Assembly: GCA_038217285.1 (NCBI GenBank)
Contig: JBBQPO010000193.1
Location: 1-11,871 of the forward strand
Length of the DNA: 11,871 nt
Direction of reading: 5' to 3'
Source of the DNA: Chthonomonadales bacterium
Lineage (GTDB): Bacteria; Armatimonadota; Chthonomonadetes; Chthonomonadales; Chthonomonadaceae
Position numbers and translations under genes: made by a program
Shown here: positions 5,546-11,871 of the stretch, one piece after another
How the letters are laid out: each line of letters starts with the position of its first letter
Numbering within the stretch: the stretch's first letter is position 1
Notes under the pieces: generated by a model
The model's database searches: none
What the model was told of the DNA's origin: nothing
Seen by the model: only the letters and a program-made list of their open reading frames with translations

Positions 5546-8394
5546 CGTGTATTTCGTGTCAGCAGAGCGTCCGCAAGCAGTTCGGCCATGTGTCTGGCAT
5601 GGACTGGGGAGAGGTGGTCGATCTGATGGCGACAGCTTGTGCCGGATGCGACGACAATGGTTCCTGGGGGCTGGTCCTGGATTTTTGTCACGAGGGGTTC
5701 CGCGACCTTCAGGGAGAGATCGTATTTCGACTCCAGCGCGCCAAAGGCTCCGGCCATGCCGCAGCATCCCGTCTCCAGTAAGGTGACGTCGCGACCGGGC
5801 AGACGTCGGACGAGCCGGGTCATAAAAGCAGGATCTATCAGAGATTTGGCATGACAGTGGGCGTGGATAACGATATTGGCCGGTTCTGCGCGAAACCGTA
5901 GGGCCTCGGGTTCGCGGGACAGCAACTCTTCGATGAACTGTTCAAATAGAAAACAGCGGCCTGCCGTTTCCTGCGCTCCGTCCAGTTTCAACTCACGATA
6001 GTCCTCCGCGAACATGGAGTGACAGGAGGGCTCCAGAAACAGAATCGGAGTGTCCGCGTTGGCAAGAAGGGAGAGATTGTGACGACCGAGCGTTGCGGCA
6101 GCGTCGAGGTTGCCCTGGCTGAACGCGGGCCGACCGCAGCAACGTCGATTGAGCGGCAGCACGACTTCAAAGCCCGCAGCTTCGAGCACTGTGACCGCCG
6201 CAATGCCGATGTTCGGCTCATGGTAGCGCACGAAGGTGTCGTCCCACAGAATGACGCGTCCACGGGTGGGAGGAGCGGGACGGGAACGCCGGGCGAACCA
6301 GCGGTCGAAGCGCGTGGTGGCATAGAGCGGCAGCGGGCGTCTGGCGGAGAGGCCGAGCGTCTGCTCCATCAGCCGCCGCAGCCAGGTCCACTGCAGCGTC
6401 TTGTTGGCGAGTCCGGGGGCGAGGCATCCCAGTCGTCCCAGGAGATCGACCGAGCTTAGCAACCGCTCGCGCAGAGGCATGCCGTCGCGCCTGTGACGGG
6501 CGTGCAGCAACTCCGCCTTGAGCAGCGCGAGATTGACGTTGGAGGGACATTCGGTGGTGCAGGCCTTACAGGCGAGGCAGTTGCTCAGGGCGGCATCGAG
6601 TTCGGAGGATCGCAGCGCGTCGCCATCCGGGTGACCACGGTGTTCCAGGGCAGCCCGAATAGTGTTGGCGCGACCACGCGTGGACATTATCTCGTCGCCG
6701 GTGGCGAGGAAGGTCGGGCACATCGTGGGGGTGTCCTTCCGGCAGCCGCCGCAGCCATTGCACTGTTCCAGGTTGCGGACGAAGGAGCCGTCTCGGGCCG
6801 CGAAAGCCAGCACCGGTTCGAACGGCAGTTCCAGGCGATAGCCGCCGCCCATGCGAAGATTCGTATCGATCCGGTAGCGGCCGTCGGGGATGACCTTGCC
6901 GGGATTGAACAGACTGTTCGGATCGAAGACCGCCTTGATCTCTCGCGACAACGCCATCAGCTCTGGGCCGAGGTGCGCGGGGACATACTCCGTGCGGGCG
7001 ATACCCACGCCATGTTCCCCTGCCAGGGAGCCTTTGAACTGCAGCACCAGCGCGGACACCTCGTCGCTGATCTGGCGGAATTTCTTCACATCCTCGGCGT
7101 CGTGCAGATCGAGGACGGGGCGGACATGCAGCAGCCCGGAGGCGGCATGGCCGTAAAACGAGCCGTGCAGTCCGAGCGGTTTCATCAGCGACTGAAGCCC
7201 TGCGACATAAGCGGGCAACTGCTCCGGGCAGACGGCGGTGTCCTCGATACAGGTGACCGGCTTGGCGTCGCCTGCGCAGCCGGTGAGCAGAGAAAGCCCG
7301 GCTTTACGCATGGCCCAAACGAACGCTATCTCGGCGCTGTTCTTGAGGATGGTAGTGCGCAGCCCGAGTCTTTTCTGCGCCAGCGCCGCGAGTCGCTCCG
7401 GCACATCTTCGTCAAAAAACTCCACGACCAGGAGCGATTCGCACGGCTTCTCATCCAGTTCCAGCAGGTCGCGCGCGGCCTTGAAAGGACGCTGCCCGCG
7501 CGTCTGGTCCAATAGAATGCGGTCCACATGCTCGATGGCTGCCGGTTTCAGATCGAGCAGCGCCACAGTCGCCTGCATGGCCTCCGTCACCGAAGCGAAA
7601 AAGAGGATGCCCACTCCCCTTGCCTTCGGCAGAGGAACGATCTTGAGCTCCGCCGAAACGATCGCCGCGAGCGTACCCTCACTGCCGGCAAAGAGATGGC
7701 TGAGGTTGTCGGGGTGGCGCAGAAATCGGTCCAGGCCGTAGCCGGGATAGCGCTTTAACAGTCCCGCCGGAAGCTGCCGCTCGATTGCGGCGGCGCGGTC
7801 ATGGACACGTGCGGAAATCGACCGTTGCTGCGCTGCCAGCGAGTCGTGCCGCGCACCGGTATTTGCGATTTGGCCGTCTGCAAGGGCGACCTCCAGCGAA
7901 AGCACATGGTCCGCCGTGACGCCGTAGACAGGAACGTGTGAGCCGGACGAGTTGTTGGCGATCATGCCGCCGAGGGTGGCGCGTGAACTGGTGGCGACGT
8001 CCGGCCCGAAACAGAGGCCATGCGGCTTGAGAAAAGCGTTGAGCTGATCCAGTACGACGCCTGCGCCGACCTGCACGGTCCGCCGCTCCAGATCCAGGCC
8101 GGTGATCCGGCGATTGTGCCGTGAGAAGTCGATCACCAGGCCTGCACCGATGGCCCCGCCGACGAGGCCGGTGCCGGCGCCACGGGGCGTCACAGGGAGT
8201 TCCGCCTCCCCAGCGGCGTTAATGATCGCAGATGCCTGGGCTGCACTACGTGGAAAAGCGACTGCTGCCGGTTCGATCTGATAGATGGACGCGTCGGTGG
8301 CGTAGAGCTGTCGTGTCAGATTATCGAAGGCGACATCACAGTCCGCCTGCTCCAGAAGTGACTTTTGTTTGGAAGAGAGCATCCGTCCGTTCAC
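5533..8394 (-). CDS. FAD-binding and Fe-S-binding oxidoreductase (GlcD/GlcF-type fusion, YdiJ-like D-2-hydroxyacid dehydrogenase family)
   Basis: FAD_binding_4 motifs PRGAGTGLVGGA, GGMIANNSSG, GSEGTL. FAD-oxidase_C motifs GHAASGLLHVRP, GEHGVG, FNPGKV. 4Fe-4S motifs CNGCGGC..MCP and CLACKACTTECP, plus two CCG motifs. The GTG start overlaps the upstream TGA (GTGA); alternative ATG at 8382. Substrate cannot be assigned. Confidence 0.92.
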   Translation of the reverse strand: MNGRMLSSKQKSLLEQADCDVAFDNLTRQLYATDASIYQIEPAAVAFPRSAAQASAIINAAGEAELPVTPRGAGTGLVGGAIGAGLVIDFSRHNRRITGLDLERRTVQVGAGVVLDQLNAFLKPHGLCFGPDVATSSRATLGGMIANNSSGSHVPVYGVTADHVLSLEVALADGQIANTGARHDSLAAQQRSISARVHDRAAAIERQLPAGLLKRYPGYGLDRFLRHPDNLSHLFAGSEGTLAAIVSAELKIVPLPKARGVGILFFASVTEAMQATVALLDLKPAAIEHVDRILLDQTRGQRPFKAARDLLELDEKPCESLLVVEFFDEDVPERLAALAQKRLGLRTTILKNSAEIAFVWAMRKAGLSLLTGCAGDAKPVTCIEDTAVCPEQLPAYVAGLQSLMKPLGLHGSFYGHAASGLLHVRPVLDLHDAEDVKKFRQISDEVSALVLQFKGSLAGEHGVGIARTEYVPAHLGPELMALSREIKAVFDPNSLFNPGKVIPDGRYRIDTNLRMGGGYRLELPFEPVLAFAARDGSFVRNLEQCNGCGGCRKDTPTMCPTFLATGDEIMSTRGRANTIRAALEHRGHPDGDALRSSELDAALSNCLACKACTTECPSNVNLALLKAELLHARHRRDGMPLRERLLSSVDLLGRLGCLAPGLANKTLQWTWLRRLMEQTLGLSARRPLPLYATTRFDRWFARRSRPAPPTRGRVILWDDTFVRYHEPNIGIAAVTVLEAAGFEVVLPLNRRCCGRPAFSQGNLDAAATLGRHNLSLLANADTPILFLEPSCHSMFAEDYRELKLDGAQETAGRCFLFEQFIEELLSREPEALRFRAEPANIVIHAHCHAKSLIDPAFMTRLVRRLPGRDVTLLETGCCGMAGAFGALESKYDLSLKVAEPLVTKIQDQPPGTIVVASGTSCRHQIDHLSPVHARHMAELLADALLTRNTRSLP

Positions 8395-11300
8395 CGATCC
8401 AGAGGCGAGACGGTCACCGTAATCTCGGTCCCGTGCCCCGTTGGACTGGAGATTGTGAACGTTCCTCCAAGGCTATCGGCGCGTTCCTTCATGCCGGTGA
8501 GGCCGAGGCCATCGCGCGGAGCGTCCTGGTCGAAGCCCTGCCCGTCGTCCCGGATGCTCAGCCGAACCTCGGAAGCGCTATAAGCGATTTCGAGGAGAAC
8601 GCGACTCACGTGACCGTGCCGGAGCGCGTTGGTGAGAGCCTCCTGACCGATACGGTAGAGCTCGCTCTCCGTCCTGCCAGGCAGGGCATAGGGCGATCCT
8701 TCGACGATGCAGTGGACTTTGATTCCGTTCGAGGTCTGCTGCGCGAGATGTTCAAGGGCGGAAACCAGACCACGTTCCAGTAGGGGAGATCGCAGCGCCT
8801 GAATGGAACGTCTGGCCTCCGTCACGCTTTCCATCGCGATCTCACGGGAGGCGGCAATACGCTCGCTCGCCTGGTCCGGATGCTCAGGCAGCGCGAGCTC
8901 CGCGGCCTCCATCTGCAGCTTTATCGCCGTGAAACCCTGGGCCAGCGTGTCGTGCAGCTCGCGGGCCATGCGGTTGCGTTCGGCCAGGACGGCAACCTCC
9001 TGTTCCAGGCCGATGCGTACGGTTTCAGAATGCTTCCGGGCTGTGATATCGACAAAGGTCAGCACGACGCCATCGATACGGTCGTCCACGGTACGATACG
9101 GCAGCATACGACCCAGAAACCAGACGCCGTTGCTGCTCACTTCACGCTCGATGGGCCTGAGATCGTACAGGACACGCTCCGCATCCGCCGTCAGGGCGGA
9201 GTAGTTCAGTTTGTGCGTGATGTCTGAGAGCGGACGCCCGATGTCCGTTGAAATGATGTTGAACAGCTCCTGAACGCGTAGCGTGAATCGCTTGATACGC
9301 AGTTGACGGTCGAGGAAAATCGTGCCGATCTCTGTGGAAGCCATCAAGTTCTGCAGATCGCTGTTGACCCGGCCGAGTTGATCGACACTGCTCTTGAGTT
9401 CCTGGTTGACGGTGGTCAGCTCTTCGTTGATCGACTGCAGTTCTTCTTTGCTGGTTTCCAACTCCTCGGTGGCCGAGCGCAGCTCTTCATTCATCGCCTG
9501 CAGCTCCTCGTTCGAAGCCTTGAGCTCCTCGGTCGAGGCTTCGTACTGTTCGGCTGTCGCGCTCAGTTCTGTCTGGAGGTCCTGTATCTCTTCCTCAAGA
9601 TCCCGTGCGACCTGTTCCGGAACGCGAGCAACAGCGATGACGGTCTCTTCCGTTTCCGCGAAGGGTTTGAAAAGGACCAACAGAAAGCCGTGACTCGCAT
9701 GCGTATCGGGTACTGGCCGCACATGGATGTCCACCAGATGGGTGACGCCTTCGCGTTCCATCGCGACGCCAGTCGCGGTGACGGCCGCGCCGCTCCGAGA
9801 CGCCCGGAAGAGAGCGGCGCGCAGCTCGGCCTGGAGAGCAGGATGCACGACCTTCAGCAGATTCATCGACGGCTCGCCGCCCGAGAACTGCAGGAACTGT
9901 CCGGCGTGCTCGGAGAGATGCACGATGTCGTAGGCCGGATTGATGAGGACCGAAGGGGGCGCCACCTGCTCCAGAAGCAGAAGGTGCAGCTCGCCGTACT
10001 GCATCGGCCGCATATCGGAAGTGGGCGGGCCGGCGACAGCCGTCAACTCCGTTGGTATGCTGACGGGCGGGCGCAGGCGTGGCATCACCGGCGGGCTTGA
10101 AGTGCGCTGAAGAGTGGACGGGAAAGGCAGGGGCGGAAGATTCCATCCGGAACGGGTGACAGCGCGGCGGGCGAACAGTCGATGCCGCTTGTCAAGCGGT
10201 ACAAAGAGTATATTGGCGTCGTCTACGCTCTCGGATCCGCCCAGAAAGAGAAGCCCGCCGGGCCGCAGCGCATAGTGGAAAATATCGAAGACACGCTCCT
10301 GAGCGTCGCGCTTGAGATAGATCAACAGGTTGCGGCAGGTGATCAGATCCAGGCGGGAAAAGGGAGGGTTCTTCAGCAGATTATGTGGCGAGAACAGGAC
10401 AGTTTCCCGCACCTCTTTCCGGATACGATAGCGGCCCTGATCCTTCTGGAAAAAGCGGCGGAGACGTTCTGCAGAGACATCCGCTTCTATCGTCGGAGGA
10501 TAGAGTCCGGCGCGGGCGAAGCGGATGACATCCTCGTCTATGTCGGTGGCGAACACCTGAATCGAGGGCGGCGATGCGAGACGGTTCGCATGTTCGTACA
10601 ACATCATCGCGAGCGAGTAAGCCTCCTCGCCCGTAGCGCAGCCTGCAACCCAGACGCGTACCTGATCGCCCGGCTCCTTGCCGGCAAACAGTTGAGGCAC
10701 ATGGCTTTCGAGGGCCGCGAAGGCTTCGCTGTCCCGAAAAAAGTTCGTGACGCTGATGAGCAGGTCGTGCAGCAGGGCGGGTATCTCTGCCGTATGGGTG
10801 CGCAGAAAATCGAGGTAGGCTGGAATAGTCTCCAGCAGATTGACCTGGAGGCGGCGCGCTACTCGGCGCAGGATGGTCGCTCGCTTGTAGTGCGAAAAGT
10901 CATGCCCAGTCTGCGCATGAAGGTACCTCATAACGTCCAGCAGAGCAGATTCGTCGGTGGTACTGGCCTCTAACTGGACTGTCAAGGGCCCCCCGGAATT
11001 CTTGTCGTTGGCTGCCGCATCCTCCCCCGTTTCCGGGTCGTCGGGCGGTACGTGCATCCGCATTTCGTTCTGCATGAATCGCATCAGGCGGGATGGCATT
11101 TCCGCGACCGGCAGCACCCAGTCCACCATACCGGTGCCGATGGCCGAGCGCGGCATACCGTCGTACTCAGCCTCCGTCGGATCTTGAACGATGGTGACGC
11201 CGCCCTGCTCCTTCACATGCTTGATTCCGATCGCCCCGTCCGAATCAGTACCGGACAGAATGATGCAGACCGCACGCGGGCCGAAGCCGACCGAGAGCAT

Positions 11301-11690
11301 ACGGAAAAATAGGTCAATCGCGACGCGTATTCCTGGCCGCTGCTGCGGCTCCACCAGGCACAATAGCCCGTCCTGAACCGAAAGGTGCCTGTTCGGGGGA
11401 ATGACGTAGACGTGGTTGGCTTCGACCGGGACCGACTCCGTCACCTGCGTCACCGGCATTCGGGTGCGCTGCTGCAGAATCTGGGCAAGATTGCTTTCAT
11501 AGTCCGGCGATAGGTGCATTACTACCACGAACGCCATCCCGCTGTCAGCCGGCATCTGCTCGAAAAAGGCTTGAAGCGGTTTGATACCGCCCGCCGAGGC
11601 GCCGATGCCGACCACCGGGAAAATATTTCGTGCCTGCTCGGCCGGTACAGCATCGAGGCGGTCGTCGGAAACTACGGAGTCGATTATCAT
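8391..11690 (-). CDS. CheB methylesterase / CheR methyltransferase / PAS / coiled-coil / HisKA_3-HATPase hybrid sensor kinase
   Basis: CheB triad motifs GIGASAGG, VMHL, SGTDSDG. CheR motifs VTNFFRD, RVWVAGCATGEEAYS, DLITCRNLLIY. PAS-like regions and a Glu-rich coiled coil. H-box ERNRMARELHDTLAQ, N-box QEALTNALRHG, G-boxes DDGQGF and GLGLTGMKERA. ATG 11690 has the SD AAGGA; the ORF is open to 11741. Confidence 0.92.
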   Translation of the reverse strand: MIIDSVVSDDRLDAVPAEQARNIFPVVGIGASAGGIKPLQAFFEQMPADSGMAFVVVMHLSPDYESNLAQILQQRTRMPVTQVTESVPVEANHVYVIPPNRHLSVQDGLLCLVEPQQRPGIRVAIDLFFRMLSVGFGPRAVCIILSGTDSDGAIGIKHVKEQGGVTIVQDPTEAEYDGMPRSAIGTGMVDWVLPVAEMPSRLMRFMQNEMRMHVPPDDPETGEDAAANDKNSGGPLTVQLEASTTDESALLDVMRYLHAQTGHDFSHYKRATILRRVARRLQVNLLETIPAYLDFLRTHTAEIPALLHDLLISVTNFFRDSEAFAALESHVPQLFAGKEPGDQVRVWVAGCATGEEAYSLAMMLYEHANRLASPPSIQVFATDIDEDVIRFARAGLYPPTIEADVSAERLRRFFQKDQGRYRIRKEVRETVLFSPHNLLKNPPFSRLDLITCRNLLIYLKRDAQERVFDIFHYALRPGGLLFLGGSESVDDANILFVPLDKRHRLFARRAVTRSGWNLPPLPFPSTLQRTSSPPVMPRLRPPVSIPTELTAVAGPPTSDMRPMQYGELHLLLLEQVAPPSVLINPAYDIVHLSEHAGQFLQFSGGEPSMNLLKVVHPALQAELRAALFRASRSGAAVTATGVAMEREGVTHLVDIHVRPVPDTHASHGFLLVLFKPFAETEETVIAVARVPEQVARDLEEEIQDLQTELSATAEQYEASTEELKASNEELQAMNEELRSATEELETSKEELQSINEELTTVNQELKSSVDQLGRVNSDLQNLMASTEIGTIFLDRQLRIKRFTLRVQELFNIISTDIGRPLSDITHKLNYSALTADAERVLYDLRPIEREVSSNGVWFLGRMLPYRTVDDRIDGVVLTFVDITARKHSETVRIGLEQEVAVLAERNRMARELHDTLAQGFTAIKLQMEAAELALPEHPDQASERIAASREIAMESVTEARRSIQALRSPLLERGLVSALEHLAQQTSNGIKVHCIVEGSPYALPGRTESELYRIGQEALTNALRHGHVSRVLLEIAYSASEVRLSIRDDGQGFDQDAPRDGLGLTGMKERADSLGGTFTISSPTGHGTEITVTVSPLDR
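9376..9600 (-). repeat. Coding heptad (21-nt period) imperfect repeat forming the EEL coiled coil
   Basis: STEELKASNEELQAMNEELRSATEELETSKEELQSINEELTTVNQEL, the usual coiled coil of CheB/CheR fusion proteins. Confidence 0.8.
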
Positions 11691-11747
11691 TTGAGTGTCC
11701 TTCGCACGGTTCGCCGTTACGCGGTGCATCACTATTGACATTCAGTT

Positions 11748-11753
11748 ATTGTA
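11748..11753 (-). promoter_or_regulatory. Possible -10 box (TACAAT) for the hybrid kinase gene
   Basis: TACAAT in an AT-rich gap, 6 nt before ATG 11741. No well-spaced -35 box. Confidence 0.3.
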
Positions 11754-11766
11754 TTAACGAGCGTCC

Positions 11767-11871
11767 CTACTTTTCGGGAAACAATTCCGATGCTTCCAGG
11801 AAACCATACATCACCTCCTGATCATTCACCAGTTGTTTGCGCATTCCCAACAACGAATGCTCAATGTCTGC
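11767..11871 (-). CDS. Probable 3' end of an upstream gene, product unknown
   Basis: Open frame from the window edge, ADIEHSLLGMRKQLVNDQEVMYGFLEASELFPEK*, ending 25 nt before ATG 11741. Confidence 0.4.
   Translation of the reverse strand, partial: ADIEHSLLGMRKQLVNDQEVMYGFLEASELFPEK

Noticed and set aside
5284-5781. 165-aa plus-strand ORF
   Set aside because: Antisense to the oxidoreductase 3' end, the repeat and the junction; no recognisable motifs.
6019-7741. Long plus-strand ORFs (6019-6459, 6493-7515, 7238-7741)
   Set aside because: Typical high-GC antisense shadows of the oxidoreductase.
9376-9600. Periodic gagctc/cagctc-like DNA repeats as a CRISPR array or VNTR
   Set aside because: Degenerate 21-nt period fully explained by the EEL coiled-coil codons; no spacers and no cas genes.
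8232-11738. Plus-strand ORFs such as 8232-8783, 9303-10100 and 10182-10973
   Set aside because: Antisense shadows of the CheB/CheR kinase.
11754-11820. 17-codon minus-strand ORF (MVSWKHRNCFPKSRDAR) behind a perfect AGGAGG
   Set aside because: The AGGAGG is explained by Gln-Glu-Val codons of the overlapping partial CDS; no other support.
11767-11871. Partial CDS as an IS630-type transposase C-terminus
   Set aside because: Only a vague resemblance over 34 aa and no terminal inverted repeat can be verified.

Overview
High-GC bacterial chromosome segment whose intact genes all lie on the minus strand. Reading right to left: a partial CDS at the right edge; a CheB/CheR/PAS/HisKA_3 hybrid sensor kinase (8391-11690); an overlapping FAD/Fe-S D-2-hydroxyacid oxidoreductase (5533-8394); a ~4.5 kb island (942-5436); and the 5' part of GTP-dependent PEP carboxykinase pckG (1-692), which the ORF track missed because it runs off the window. 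The island has a lower-GC core encoding an IetA-like AAA+ ATPase and an IetS-like S8 subtilase (toxin-antitoxin/anti-phage pair). It also holds a nonsense-disrupted N-terminal fragment of a tyrosine recombinase and a probable decayed ORF. Its boundaries are imperfect direct repeats of a sigma70-type promoter plus the first 21 codons of pckG. The right copy (5437-5545) is contiguous, has a perfect TATAAT 7 nt before the ATG, and points into ietAS. The left copy (630-701 + 905-941) is split inside the -10 box by a 203-bp hairpin-rich segment that would be the pckG 5' leader. The protease is in the same frame as the ATPase, behind a single TAA, and its best-placed start codon is ATC.
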